Shown here: positions 9,972-20,146 of the stretch, piece after piece
Layout of the letters: each line of letters opens with the position of its first letter
Numbering within the stretch: the stretch's first letter is position 1
Virus record (IMG/VR): IMGVR_UViG_3300036823_000386
DNA from: an uncultured virus (IMG/VR IMGVR_UViG_3300036823_000386)
Lineage: Duplodnaviria; Heunggongvirae; Uroviricota; Caudoviricetes
Reading direction: 5' to 3' (one strand)
Length of the DNA: 64,000 bases
Notes under the pieces: generated by a model
The model's input: the letters and a program-made list of their open reading frames with translations, nothing else
Told to the model about the DNA's origin: nothing
The model's database searches: none
Translations under genes and position numbers: made by a program

Positions 9972-11611
9972 AAACCTATGGCGAGATGTCGCTGGTGGAG
10001 GGTAGCTGGCAGATTAAAGCCGATCCTCACGTGATGCTGCGTTTGAAAAATGTCATCGGGCGGTTTGCCAAGCATCAGTTCGGAACCCTCACTGTAAAAA
10101 ACAGTCCGGAGATTTGCCGGGATCTTGAGTGGTTCACGGGGCGGTATCCTCTTCGCATAAAACATCAATGTGAATTGGTTGACGGGGCGGCGAGGCATCG
10201 CCAGACGCTGGAGCATCTGGAAAAGATTTTGCTCCCAGAGCATGTGCCGCAATACTTTGAACTGGCAAAACCGTTGCGGGATTATCAGGCGCGGGGTCTC
10301 GAAGTTCTGCTAGCGAAAGGGCGGCTGCTATGCGCCGATCAACTCGGCTTGGGGAAAACTGCCATAGGCATTGGCGCCATGACCCAGCCGGAAAATCTTC
10401 CCGGCCTAATCGTGGTGCAGACGCATCTGGCGAAACAATGGGCATCGGAGTTTGGCGCGTTCATGCCTTTCGCGACGACGCACATCATCAATAAACAAAA
10501 GACTTACGATTTACCGGAAGCGGACGTTTATATCATCACCTACCATAAGTTGCATGCCTGGGCGGAAGTTCTTTCGAAGTTTATTCGTTGCGTGGTATTT
10601 GATGAGGTTCAGGAGCTGCGGCATGAAGGAACGGGAAAATGGTGCGCGGCCAATGCCATTGCCGACGGGGCGCAACGCCGACTAGGTCTCTCGGCTACGC
10701 CGATTTATAATTACGGCGGAGAGATTTTTAATATTTACGAGGTAATCGCGCCAGGCGAATTAGGAGAGCGGGAAGAATTTGAACGGGAATGGTGCCGGCA
10801 TCACGGGGACCACTGGGTGTTGAAAGACCCGGAAGCATTCGGCGCGCATCTGAAAGACCAGTTCCTGATGATTCGGCGTACCCGCAAAGACGTCGGCCGT
10901 GAACTGCCACCCATGCAAACGATTGTGCACACAATCGAATATTCCGAAGAGTGCCTTGATCAAATCAAAGACGTGGCGACGGAACTGGCGCACCGAATAT
11001 TGAACGGCACTTTCATGGAAAAGGGGCTGGCGGCAAGAGAATTTGACATGCGACTCCGCCAAGCGACGGGCATTGCGAAAGCTCCCTTTGCCGCGGCGTT
11101 CGTCAAAATGCTCGTGGATGAAGGCGAGAGGGTAATTCTTACTGGATGGCACCGGGAAGTTTACGAAATCTGGCAGGCTCATTTTGACGAGATGAAATTG
11201 AAATGGGTTATGTTTACGGGTTCGGAAACGCCCGCGCAAAAGGAGAATGCAGTTCGAGATTTCGTTAATGGAGACGCGCAAGTATTCATCATGTCGCTGC
11301 GCTCAGGGGCGGGCATTGACGGATTGCAAAGGAAAGCGTCCACGATCGTACATGGAGAATTGGATTGGTCGCCGGGCGTGCACGAGCAATGCAGCGGGCG
11401 TTTATTCCGCGATGGGCAGACGGAACGAGTTTCCCAATTCTACCTGGTGGCGGATGGGGGTAGCGATCCGATTGTGGCCAATGTCCTGGGAATCAAGACG
11501 GCACAGGTTCAAGGATTACTCCAAGCTGGAGCATTGGGACTTAAGCGGAATGAAAACGACGATGGGGCAAGAGTCAAACGAATGGCCGAGGCATACCTGA
11601 AAAGGCGCTAA
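9968..11611 (+). CDS. SNF2-family helicase/ATPase
   Basis: LRDYQ, ADQLGLGKT, FDEVQ, LSATP, GAGIDGLQ, QCSGRLFRDGQ; ATGA overlap with nuclease gene. Confidence 0.9.
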   Translation: MKTYGEMSLVEGSWQIKADPHVMLRLKNVIGRFAKHQFGTLTVKNSPEICRDLEWFTGRYPLRIKHQCELVDGAARHRQTLEHLEKILLPEHVPQYFELAKPLRDYQARGLEVLLAKGRLLCADQLGLGKTAIGIGAMTQPENLPGLIVVQTHLAKQWASEFGAFMPFATTHIINKQKTYDLPEADVYIITYHKLHAWAEVLSKFIRCVVFDEVQELRHEGTGKWCAANAIADGAQRRLGLSATPIYNYGGEIFNIYEVIAPGELGEREEFEREWCRHHGDHWVLKDPEAFGAHLKDQFLMIRRTRKDVGRELPPMQTIVHTIEYSEECLDQIKDVATELAHRILNGTFMEKGLAAREFDMRLRQATGIAKAPFAAAFVKMLVDEGERVILTGWHREVYEIWQAHFDEMKLKWVMFTGSETPAQKENAVRDFVNGDAQVFIMSLRSGAGIDGLQRKASTIVHGELDWSPGVHEQCSGRLFRDGQTERVSQFYLVADGGSDPIVANVLGIKTAQVQGLLQAGALGLKRNENDDGARVKRMAEAYLKRR

Positions 11612-11619
11612 CTTTTCGT

Positions 11620-11644
11620 ATAAATTCGTTGGGACGGGGGCGGA
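11620..11644 (+). promoter_or_regulatory. 25-bp repeat copy 1 (putative late promoter/activator site)
   Basis: ATAAATTCGTTGGGACGGGGGCGGA identical to 18642..18666; intergenic upstream of putative portal. Confidence 0.55.
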
Positions 11645-11666
11645 TGGTGGGAGGTTGGATGGTTGA

Positions 11667-13061
11667 ATGGCTAGAAAGAAGTCTCCGATACCGTCCTACG
11701 TCAAACCGCTGCCTGTGCCGGCGGGTGCGGCATTTCAATTATGTTCGGCCTGGGAAGGCGAACGGGTGGTGGATGGGCCTTATTCCTTCAGCGCGGCGGA
11801 GAGTCAGCTGAGCCATTCGCAGGAAGCGCCGCGGCGGCCACGGGAGCAGTTCCAAAAATCGCGGGAATATTTCCGGGACCAGTTTTTTATCCGCGGCATC
11901 ATCCTTTTGCGGATGGCGTTTTTCCATTTCGGATTTCGCATTGCTTCCGAGGACGGGAAGGCCAGCAAACAAATCACGACGTGGGAGCAGAACAACCGCC
12001 GCATGTACCGGCGTTACGCGCGGGAGGCGTGGCTGGAATGGCTGATCGAGGACAACGTCGTGGGCGTGTGGCGCGTGCAGGGAGGCAAACCGCCGATCGC
12101 GTATCCGGTGGAAAACTGCAAGCTCGCGGATTTGTGGGGCGAGGAAGTGTTGGAGATTGAGCATAGGATCACGCCGGAAATGGCGAATGCGATGCAAGGT
12201 TTTTCCCAGGCGGAAAAGACCAAGTTTTTGCAGAACCCGAATCATCTGCTCATAACCCACAAAGACAATGTTTTTGGATTCGATGTTTTGCGCCGGGCGA
12301 AGATGGGGACCGGGTTCGGTTCGCCAACGATAGCGTCGGCATTTTCGGCGGCGGCGGAAATGACTTCGCTCGAAGTCGGGACGCAGACTTTGGGGGGCGC
12401 GTGCCGGCTGGTGCTCGAGCAGCATAAGATGGGTTACGAAATCAAGAGCGGTTTGCACGCGGGCTCCAAGGCGAACCATTGGAATGAAAAACGATCGGAT
12501 TCTTTCAAGAAGGAAATCAAGGGCAAGGTGGGCCATGTGCGCGCGAGCACGAACTTTGACCATACGATGGTGCAGGCGGCGAATTGGCCGGACCCGAAAC
12601 ATTTTCAAGAGGGCCGTTTTTCGGGCGCGATGTTGCGCCTGGCGAATTGGGCGATGCCGCTGGGCCAGATGTTGCTCGGAAAGAATTTGAATCCGTTCGT
12701 GTTTCCGATGCTCAAGCAACAGGCGCTGATGGAGCGCGATTACATGGCGGAACATTTGCGGACCATCTTCATCGAGGGATTGGGCGCGCCGCGCAATATC
12801 AAAATCGTTTGGAGCAACAAATGTTTTTCCGATCCGCGGGTGGCGGCGGACATGCTGAAAACGGCGCTGGCATCCGGGCCGCTGAGCCAGACGACGTTCC
12901 TGGAAGACATCGGCGAAGATCCCGAGACGGAGCGGGAAAATAAAAAAGCGGAGGCGGCGCTGCCAAAATCCCACACGAACCCGATTTACGACGCGGCGCA
13001 TGGACCGCCGAAAAAAGGAAAGGGCCGCCCGTCCGGATCGAGTGACGGCGACGATGTTTGA
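11667..13061 (+). CDS. Probable portal protein
   Basis: 464 aa, follows TerL region; C-terminal GPLSQTTFLEDIGEDPETERENK...GRPS resembles portal tails. Confidence 0.6.
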   Translation: MARKKSPIPSYVKPLPVPAGAAFQLCSAWEGERVVDGPYSFSAAESQLSHSQEAPRRPREQFQKSREYFRDQFFIRGIILLRMAFFHFGFRIASEDGKASKQITTWEQNNRRMYRRYAREAWLEWLIEDNVVGVWRVQGGKPPIAYPVENCKLADLWGEEVLEIEHRITPEMANAMQGFSQAEKTKFLQNPNHLLITHKDNVFGFDVLRRAKMGTGFGSPTIASAFSAAAEMTSLEVGTQTLGGACRLVLEQHKMGYEIKSGLHAGSKANHWNEKRSDSFKKEIKGKVGHVRASTNFDHTMVQAANWPDPKHFQEGRFSGAMLRLANWAMPLGQMLLGKNLNPFVFPMLKQQALMERDYMAEHLRTIFIEGLGAPRNIKIVWSNKCFSDPRVAADMLKTALASGPLSQTTFLEDIGEDPETERENKKAEAALPKSHTNPIYDAAHGPPKKGKGRPSGSSDGDDV

Positions 13062-13073
13062 ACATAAAAGCTC

Positions 13074-14123
13074 ATGAATCATTTCACTGATTTAACGGTT
13101 GATACGCCAGTCATTCAAAGCGCGGCGGCGACGGCGCCGACGCATTTGATCCGGCTTGCGGAAGCAATCGCATTGTTGTCGGCGCTTTACACCGGGCCGT
13201 GGAGTGGCACCACGAATTACACGGCGGGGCAAATGGCTTTGGACGGTGGCAGCCTCTACATCGCGAAGGTGGCGAACATTAATTTGCAGCCTTCGCTGAA
13301 TGGTTCGCAATGGGGTTTGGCGGCGGCGGGTGGAGCGGCGGCTTACCTGTATATCGCTTATGCGACGGACGCAAGCGGGACGGGATTCACCAATACGTTT
13401 GATTCGTCCAAGGGTTATATCGCGGTGAAGAATTCGACGTCGCCGATAGCGACGCCGCAAGCGAGCGATTTCGCGGGGTTGTGGAAAGCATATGCGGGTG
13501 CGGCCGGGGCGGATGGAAATGACGGGTCCAACGGCTCGGATGGAACGAACGGAGCGTCGGCTTATTTTTACATCGCGTTTGCGAGCGATACGAGCGGGAC
13601 GGGATTTTCGCTGACGCCGAATTCCAGCCTGGGATTTGTCGCGTGGCTGACGACCAACACGCAGATTGTTTCGCCGATCGCGGCGAACTTCGCGGGGTTG
13701 TGGCTGCCGTGGAAAGGGATCAACGGCACCAACGGAAGCAATGGGACCAATGGAACCAACGGCTCGAACGGCAGCAACGGGACTTCCTCATTTCTCTATG
13801 TGGCGTATGCGAGCGATTCGAGCGGCACGGGTTTTAGTTTGACGCCAGCGCCGGGGTTGATGTGGCTGGGGGTCAAGGTTTCAAGCACGGTGATTGCTTC
13901 GCCGCAGGCCAGTGATTTCACGGGGCTCTGGCTCAATGTGCAGGGAGTGGCCGGGCCATCGGGAACGGTGACAAGTTTCACGGCGGGAAGTTGCCGGGTG
14001 GTCGCGGGTGACGGGCTCTATCTGCAAAACTCACGGACCACTTTATTCCACAAGATGACCGTGGGTGACGCGGGCGCTGGGACGCCGGTCAATGTCCAGG
14101 CTGAACAAACAGGAGTTGCATAA
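13074..14123 (+). CDS. Fibre-like protein with CBM-like segment, three YxAYAxDxSGTGF repeats and collagen-like G-X-N linkers
   Basis: WSGTTNYTAGQM...YIAK; repeats YIAYATDASGTGF / YIAFASDTSGTGF / YVAYASDSSGTGF; GTNGSN runs. Confidence 0.7.
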   Translation: MNHFTDLTVDTPVIQSAAATAPTHLIRLAEAIALLSALYTGPWSGTTNYTAGQMALDGGSLYIAKVANINLQPSLNGSQWGLAAAGGAAAYLYIAYATDASGTGFTNTFDSSKGYIAVKNSTSPIATPQASDFAGLWKAYAGAAGADGNDGSNGSDGTNGASAYFYIAFASDTSGTGFSLTPNSSLGFVAWLTTNTQIVSPIAANFAGLWLPWKGINGTNGSNGTNGTNGSNGSNGTSSFLYVAYASDSSGTGFSLTPAPGLMWLGVKVSSTVIASPQASDFTGLWLNVQGVAGPSGTVTSFTAGSCRVVAGDGLYLQNSRTTLFHKMTVGDAGAGTPVNVQAEQTGVA

Positions 14124-14125
14124 TC

Positions 14126-16159
14126 ATGAAAAATAAATTTTTGGTTGGGTGGTGCGTGCTTTTTATGGCGGCGACCGCGCTGGCAAATCCATTCGGAACA
14201 CTCTCGATTGACTCGAGTGGAAACCTGATCAATCGGACATTCTTCCCGCAAAACCTTTGGCCGACGAATTGCGTTCCCAACGGAGCGGTTTACACGAGCG
14301 GCGCTTATACACCAACGCTGGTGACGGGCGCACTTTATTATTTTCAGAGTTCGCCGACTGACCAAGGCAGCCTGCACAATGGCAGCGCGGTTTATCCTTT
14401 CCCGACGAACCTGACGTTTGTGGCGGCGGCGGGGGCGTTCATCCATACGACCCAGTCGGTCACGCTGGTGTCGTCCACGCTTACGGGACAGCTTTGGACG
14501 AATGTGGGATTGTTTAACGGCGATTTTGTCGGGCGGTTCATTGGCGACGGTTCGGGCATGACGAACTCGGCGGCGCTAATGGGCGGGGACGCAACGGGGA
14601 TGTCCACGAGCATGGTATTGAACAATTCCTCAACGGCGCGGGGGCATCTGGGTTTGGGTACGATCGCGACACTGAACACCAACGGCGCGCTGGCGTTCAG
14701 CAATCTGCTCAACCAAATCGCGGGCATCTTCAACGGCAATGGCGGGGGGATCACGAATTTGCAGACGAGCCAGTTGGAGGGGAAAATTGCATCGGCGAAC
14801 CTGGACAGCAATCTGGTGTTCGTGATCGATTCACGGGGGAATTATAATTTCACCACCTTTGGCGGGTTGAATATCCAGGGGGACGGAACCATCGGCGGAG
14901 ACGCGAGTTCATTGAATATTCTGAACGGCAGCTTTTTCACGGTGGATCCGATCAGTTCGATGACGGTGCTCGGCCTGGCGGAATTTTACGCGCCGTTCGC
15001 GATGTATCTGACGGTGTCCAATGGCGCGCTGTTCAAGGGCGGGGTGACCAATAATTCCATTTTGGGATTTGTGGGCAACGGCGGCAACCTGACGAACGTC
15101 ACCGCGACCAACTTAAGTGGCACACTGGAAAATGTGACGGGGCATGATTTGAATTTGAGCGCGACGATATTAAACGGCGGATTGACATTGACGCTGGATG
15201 GCAATCCGAGTTCCAAAGCGGCTTTCAAATTGACGGGTCCGGCGGTGAACACTTTTTTCGATAACAACGGAAGTTTGCAGTTCTTCGACGGCGGGGGCGT
15301 GAATATTCAAGGCACGGGAAATTTTACGGGAAATGGCTCGGGCATCACGAACTTGAACGTGAATATGGCGTTCCCGATCGGGAGCATCATTCCGTCGCAA
15401 TTTTTGGGAAGCGGCGGAACGAGCACATCGTTTCTCCGCAAGGATGGCGTGTATGCGACGCTGTCGGGCTCGGGAACCGTGACGAGCCTGGGGATCCAAG
15501 GCGATGGCGCGTTGATTGCAACAGCGCCGACCGGATCGCCGGTGACGACGGCGGGGACGATCATTCTGCAAGCGGCGAATTCGCCGGCCAACAAGGTCGT
15601 AGCAGGACCCACCAGCGGCGGCCCTGCGCCGCTGACGCAACGGTTTTTGGTGGATGCGGATTTGGCGGCGACGGATGCGGCGTTAGTTATCGCCGCGCAG
15701 ACCTGGGCCGGCGCGCAACAGTTCACGAATAATAACAACAGCTTCGTGGGGAATGGAGCGGGCGTGACGAATATCTCGGCGGGCGGGGGATCGTTCGGGA
15801 CAGTTACGGCGCACGACAGCGTGACGAATTTCTGGCTGGATTTTGGCGGGGCGGGAAATCCGAGTGCGATCGCTTATCCTAAAATCTTTGCGAGCGGCGA
15901 TATCAACTTCACCACGCCGACGAATGGGCCGGGAGCGGTCGCGTATAAAATTTTGCCGAATGGAGCGAACCGGAATATTTCGTGGCCAACCAATTTCCTC
16001 ACGCTGAACACGAATGGCCTGACGCTGGCGGGAACGAATTGGGTGATGACGCTGACCAACGGCATTCGCGTGGCGTGGTGCACCTTCGTGGCGGATGGGC
16101 CGAATGAAACGGGTTTGCTGGCGACGAACGTGACGGCGTTGTGTGTGATCTCTCCCTGA
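14126..16159 (+). CDS. Fibre-like protein with predicted Sec signal peptide
   Basis: MKNKFLVGWCVLFMAATALA|N; repeated GNGxGxTN; fibre motifs GTVTS...GSPVTTAGTI and ANKVVAGPTSG. Confidence 0.65.
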   Translation: MKNKFLVGWCVLFMAATALANPFGTLSIDSSGNLINRTFFPQNLWPTNCVPNGAVYTSGAYTPTLVTGALYYFQSSPTDQGSLHNGSAVYPFPTNLTFVAAAGAFIHTTQSVTLVSSTLTGQLWTNVGLFNGDFVGRFIGDGSGMTNSAALMGGDATGMSTSMVLNNSSTARGHLGLGTIATLNTNGALAFSNLLNQIAGIFNGNGGGITNLQTSQLEGKIASANLDSNLVFVIDSRGNYNFTTFGGLNIQGDGTIGGDASSLNILNGSFFTVDPISSMTVLGLAEFYAPFAMYLTVSNGALFKGGVTNNSILGFVGNGGNLTNVTATNLSGTLENVTGHDLNLSATILNGGLTLTLDGNPSSKAAFKLTGPAVNTFFDNNGSLQFFDGGGVNIQGTGNFTGNGSGITNLNVNMAFPIGSIIPSQFLGSGGTSTSFLRKDGVYATLSGSGTVTSLGIQGDGALIATAPTGSPVTTAGTIILQAANSPANKVVAGPTSGGPAPLTQRFLVDADLAATDAALVIAAQTWAGAQQFTNNNNSFVGNGAGVTNISAGGGSFGTVTAHDSVTNFWLDFGGAGNPSAIAYPKIFASGDINFTTPTNGPGAVAYKILPNGANRNISWPTNFLTLNTNGLTLAGTNWVMTLTNGIRVAWCTFVADGPNETGLLATNVTALCVISP

Positions 16160-16161
16160 TT

Positions 16162-16992
16162 ATGAAAATAATTATTAGCGTTTTAATGGCAGTCGTGATG
16201 GCGGCGTTGCAAGTCGGCGCACAGGCGCTGACGCCACGAGATCCAGCTTTTTTGATTTGGGGAAGCGGCGCGAATGGCGGGAGTGTTTATGCCCCGGGCG
16301 CGTTCATCATATACGGTCAGCCCAATGTCTCGGCGGCGGTATTTCAAAATCTGTTGGCCTATTACACTTTTGATAACAGCGGAAACTTCGGCGCTGACTC
16401 GGTCGGGAGTTTAAGCCTGACCAAAAATGGAAGTCCAGGTGCAACGACCGGAGTGGTGAATGGGGCGATCAGCCTGCTTAATAATTCTTCAGATTCATTA
16501 TCGCACGCCGATGTGGCGGGTTTGCGGATCGACGGCAGCACGTCATTCACAATCGCGGGTTGGTTCTTAGCCAGCAGTTCCGGTTTTGACGAAATCCTGA
16601 TAGCTAAAAATACAGCGAACTATCAGCTTAAACTAAATGCCAGCGCCATGAGCACGCTGACTTTTACCCTTTTCAACACGACATCCGGTAGCACCTCGGT
16701 CACTTCAACGGCGTCCGTGCACGCTTCGCAATGGACTTTTTTTGCGATGTGGTACGACAAGCCCGGCAATACAATCAATATTTACGTTGCTGACCCTTTC
16801 AATAACTCAATGAATTCCGCAGCGTTTACCGGCACGCCGGGAGCGTCCGCGAACTCGACGTTTGTGGCAGGGTTTAGTTCCGGTCTTTCGGGCATTCCGG
16901 TCGCTTTCGACGCAATGGGAATTTGGGACCGGGTGGTGACGAGCGCGGAATTAGCCTACCTCTATAACAACGGGAGCGGGCGGCAATTATGA
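16162..16992 (+). CDS. LamG/concanavalin A-like domain protein with predicted signal peptide
   Basis: MKIIISVLMAVVMAALQVGAQA; LLAYYTFD...SFTIAGWF...DAMGIWDRVVTSAELAYLYN. Confidence 0.75.
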   Translation: MKIIISVLMAVVMAALQVGAQALTPRDPAFLIWGSGANGGSVYAPGAFIIYGQPNVSAAVFQNLLAYYTFDNSGNFGADSVGSLSLTKNGSPGATTGVVNGAISLLNNSSDSLSHADVAGLRIDGSTSFTIAGWFLASSSGFDEILIAKNTANYQLKLNASAMSTLTFTLFNTTSGSTSVTSTASVHASQWTFFAMWYDKPGNTINIYVADPFNNSMNSAAFTGTPGASANSTFVAGFSSGLSGIPVAFDAMGIWDRVVTSAELAYLYNNGSGRQL

Positions 16993-17843
16993 AAAGCTTG
17001 CATGGGATGACATTGGAAAATGTGAAGCTCCATTTGTGCGGGAGTAATGGCATCGAGATCGCCGGGAGAATTTTGCGGCCGGATGAAACGAAAAGCTATG
17101 TCGAGTTCACGTTGAGCCATGCGTTTCCGGTAGTGACCTGCGACAACACCTGCATTCATCCGCAGGTCGTGGCGAATAGTTACCGCACGATGCAGGACAA
17201 GGTTTTTGATCTGGCCCATATGTTGCGGGCGTACAATCCGAAGGACAATCCCCGCGATTATATTTTGGGCTGCGTGGTGGCGGTGGAATTTCCCGAGACA
17301 CCGGACGGTGGCTGGAAAGTCCAGGGGGACAAGTCGCGCGCACCAGGCATCCGCGGGGCGGCGGTGATGTGGAAAAAAGCGGAGAATGTCGAAACCATTC
17401 TCAATCAATATTTCAATGGGCAGGTTGATTGGACGGTTTCGATGGAGCAGTTGTTCGACCTGGGCAATTCGGCGTTCATCGTCAAAGCGACAGGCGCAAA
17501 TGAGGATTGGGAAGAATGGGTAAAAAAAACTCCCGATGATTTGAAAACGCTGGGGTGGACGTACGTGCCGTTTGTGGAAGCGCCCAACGATTTGCTGGCC
17601 TGCTATGACAAAAAGACCAGGGCCGTGAAGCAATATCGGGGCTGCGAAACGCTCCTGATGTTCGGCGGCCTCAACGGTGACGTTCATTACAACGGAGTGG
17701 GGCTCACGCCGATGGGAAAAGAAAATGAGGCGCAAGTGGTTCAGATGCTGGCGAGCGAGAAGTTGATCAAGGTCAACGGCGAGCTGATGCCGGACATCAT
17801 TGGATTGTTGAAACAGACGGCGGAAATCCTGGAATTATCATGA
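16989..17843 (+). CDS. Probable prohead protease
   Basis: Position between portal and scaffold; DLAH...ILGCV...WTVSME...YNGVGL resembles HK97-fold head proteases. Confidence 0.55.
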   Translation: MKSLHGMTLENVKLHLCGSNGIEIAGRILRPDETKSYVEFTLSHAFPVVTCDNTCIHPQVVANSYRTMQDKVFDLAHMLRAYNPKDNPRDYILGCVVAVEFPETPDGGWKVQGDKSRAPGIRGAAVMWKKAENVETILNQYFNGQVDWTVSMEQLFDLGNSAFIVKATGANEDWEEWVKKTPDDLKTLGWTYVPFVEAPNDLLACYDKKTRAVKQYRGCETLLMFGGLNGDVHYNGVGLTPMGKENEAQVVQMLASEKLIKVNGELMPDIIGLLKQTAEILELS

Positions 17844-18553
17844 GTTCCATCAAATGCTTTTTTGTTCAGCCAATGAACCGATGGACGCCGACGCTCAACC
17901 GGTTTGGCGGCGGAACGTGTGAGAAATCTCCGTTGCCTTCACCGTATAACGGGCATCGGGGCAATTCGGAATTGGATGACGTTTATAGCGATGAACTGGC
18001 GTTTCCGGAAGAAACGGATCCGCGTTGGCCGACGCGGTGCGATCATTGCGGTTATCTATTCAAGGACGACGACAGCCGGAGTTTGAGCCCGAACCGGCAT
18101 TGGCGCAACCCCGCGACGGAAGAAACATTCGTCGCTCCGCTGCCGGTGGGCGCGCTGTTCTTTAGCGATGAGAAAATCTTTCAAGGTCCCGGCCGGGGAA
18201 TGGATGGGCGCTCGCTGGTGGTGGTGATGCCTTCCGCCCGGGATTATTGCACGTGGAATGTGGATTCGCGGGCGGGCAACTGCACCGTGCCCTGCAAAAC
18301 CTGCGGGCAACTTTATGCGGTCCATGGCAACCGATATGATGAAGGGAAAAAAGAAATGGTGGCGGGAAGCGGCTGCAAAAAGTTTATGCCGGCGGACGAT
18401 GACAAGCACCGGTGCTGGACGCGGCGCGGTGAACCGCCCAACGTGACAGTGGGAAAAAGCGAGTTTGGCCCGACGTGCGGAGCGGGAGCGGGAAGCATCA
18501 TTGTGCCTGGCTGGCACGGGTTTTTGCGGAATGGAGTTTTGGAACCTTGTTAG
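17840..18553 (+). CDS. Cys/His-rich protein with DUF6527-like C-terminus
   Basis: CDHC, CKTC; CWTRRGEPPNVTV...SIIVPGWHGFLRNGVL. Confidence 0.5.
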   Translation: MSSIKCFFVQPMNRWTPTLNRFGGGTCEKSPLPSPYNGHRGNSELDDVYSDELAFPEETDPRWPTRCDHCGYLFKDDDSRSLSPNRHWRNPATEETFVAPLPVGALFFSDEKIFQGPGRGMDGRSLVVVMPSARDYCTWNVDSRAGNCTVPCKTCGQLYAVHGNRYDEGKKEMVAGSGCKKFMPADDDKHRCWTRRGEPPNVTVGKSEFGPTCGAGAGSIIVPGWHGFLRNGVLEPC

Positions 18554-18581
18554 TGCGGACTTAGGAATTGTGAAGTGAGAA

Positions 18582-18610
18582 GCGCCGGAATGATCCGGCG
18601 CATTTTTTTT
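18582..18610 (+). terminator. Rho-independent terminator
   Basis: GCGCCGGA-ATGA-TCCGGCGC stem followed by A and 8 T. Confidence 0.75.
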
Positions 18611-18616
18611 GTACGC

Positions 18617-18634
18617 GTGAAAAATATTTTTCAC
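18617..18634. promoter_or_regulatory. Perfect 18-bp palindrome (operator-like)
   Basis: GTGAAAAATATTTTTCAC is its own reverse complement. Confidence 0.45.
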
Positions 18635-18641
18635 AAAACGA

Positions 18642-18666
18642 ATAAATTCGTTGGGACGGGGGCGGA
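18642..18666 (+). promoter_or_regulatory. 25-bp repeat copy 2 (putative late promoter/activator site)
   Basis: Identical to 11620..11644; between a terminator and the scaffold gene. Confidence 0.55.
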
Positions 18667-18730
18667 CGGACGGAGGATGCGGTCGCTTGAGTGCGCGAGA
18701 CGCAAACAAAAACGAAATAAAATTCACGAT

Positions 18731-19579
18731 ATGAAAATTCCTACCGACGCGAAAAACACCCAGATCATTCGGGAATGCCTGAACGAAATGCGCCAGCACC
18801 TTTGCAGCGCGGCGGATCTGCTGGAGGAACCTTGGAAATCCCAGTTCAACGATTTGAAGGGGCTGTACGACAAAACGATCAGCGGCCTGCCCGCGACGGA
18901 TGCGGTTCCGGCGGCCCTCGAAGCCAATCAATTGCTCCAGGGATTGTTTTCCTGCATGTCCCACGGCAGCGCACTCATGACGTTGATGGCCTCGAAAATC
19001 AATAACCACAAAGGCGAGATGACGCAAGCAGTCGCGAGCGCGGTGGATGGGAAGATTGCCGAACGCATCGCTTCGGGTGATTTGATCGCGAAAGACACGC
19101 TGCCGGCGGTCGTCGCCAAAGCGGTCACGGAAAAAACCGCCGCGGGTGAACTCGTGGACAAGGGAACGGTGCAACAGCTTTGCAGTGCCGCCAAGGACCA
19201 GGGGATCGAGTTGGGGAAAGAAACCATTCGCACCGAAATCACGGCGAAGGAACAAACCACGGCCGCGATCGCGAAGCGCAAGACGATCCTCCAAACGTGC
19301 AGCCTGCCGCTGCCCGAGGCCGCGCTGGAAAGCGTGCTCGGAGGAACGGACGAAGCGTTTGAAGCGGCGAAGCAAACCGCCGAGGGACGCATCCAAGCGT
19401 TGTGCAGCAAAGGCGTCGCCATCACGGCGGCGAGCAAGATCGGAGCGAAAGTCTGGCTGCCGAAGGAGCAGTGGGAAGTCTTCGAGAGCCTCGCGCTGGA
19501 AACGCTGTCGGGTGGCGATCCGTTAGTCGTGCCGCCGACGCAACGCACCGGCGAGAAGCCTCCCGTGATGATGGTGTAA
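18731..19579 (+). CDS. Probable capsid scaffold protein
   Basis: Ala/Glu/Lys-rich helical protein upstream of decoration and capsid genes; ATG 18731. Confidence 0.55.
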   Translation: MKIPTDAKNTQIIRECLNEMRQHLCSAADLLEEPWKSQFNDLKGLYDKTISGLPATDAVPAALEANQLLQGLFSCMSHGSALMTLMASKINNHKGEMTQAVASAVDGKIAERIASGDLIAKDTLPAVVAKAVTEKTAAGELVDKGTVQQLCSAAKDQGIELGKETIRTEITAKEQTTAAIAKRKTILQTCSLPLPEAALESVLGGTDEAFEAAKQTAEGRIQALCSKGVAITAASKIGAKVWLPKEQWEVFESLALETLSGGDPLVVPPTQRTGEKPPVMMV

Positions 19580-19616
19580 ACCCCGACAACAACCGCAACT
19601 TTTAAAATAAAAAATT

Positions 19617-20096
19617 ATGAAACTACCTTTTGAAATCCGCCGCCGGTCGCCGATGCCTTTGATCACGCTGGTGACGCCCACCGGCACCGGTTATCCGATC
19701 GGGACGGCGATGCAGGAAAGCGCCACCGCCGGAACCGCCGAACTGGCCGACGGCACGAAAGTGTTTGCGGGGTTCATGACGCGCCAATCCATCGTCGGCG
19801 GGCCGACGCTGGGCGATGATATTTTTCCCGGGCGTTTGCAACTAGGGGTTGCCGCCGGTGATCCGGACAGCTTTGAGCGCGGGGAGGAAATCGAGTGCGA
19901 GGGCGCGTCTTATGTGGACGCGGGTATTACCGGTTCCACGGCGCTGAAGACGCCGCTTTCGTTTGCCGCTGGAAAATTCTGCGTGGCGGGTTCCGGTCAA
20001 TATGCGCAATTCGAATTGGTGGAACTGCCCGCGCCGGTGACAGCCGGAAACGTGCGCATCCGCGTGGTGCCGCTGGCTGCCTTTATCAAACCGTAA
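19617..20096 (+). CDS. Probable head decoration/cement protein
   Basis: 159 aa, Gly/Ala-rich beta protein directly upstream of capsid gene. Confidence 0.55.
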   Translation: MKLPFEIRRRSPMPLITLVTPTGTGYPIGTAMQESATAGTAELADGTKVFAGFMTRQSIVGGPTLGDDIFPGRLQLGVAAGDPDSFERGEEIECEGASYVDAGITGSTALKTPLSFAAGKFCVAGSGQYAQFELVELPAPVTAGNVRIRVVPLAAFIKP

Positions 20097-20146
20097 GTGT
20101 GAACGGATAACGATCCTCGAAAACCATAACTTTAAAAAATACCAAA

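Noticed and set aside
13330..13940. Repeated DNA blocks suggesting a CRISPR array or DGR template/variable repeats
   Set aside because: In-frame protein repeats with synonymous divergence; no constant repeat-spacer period, no adenine-specific mismatch pattern noticed, no reverse transcriptase or cas genes
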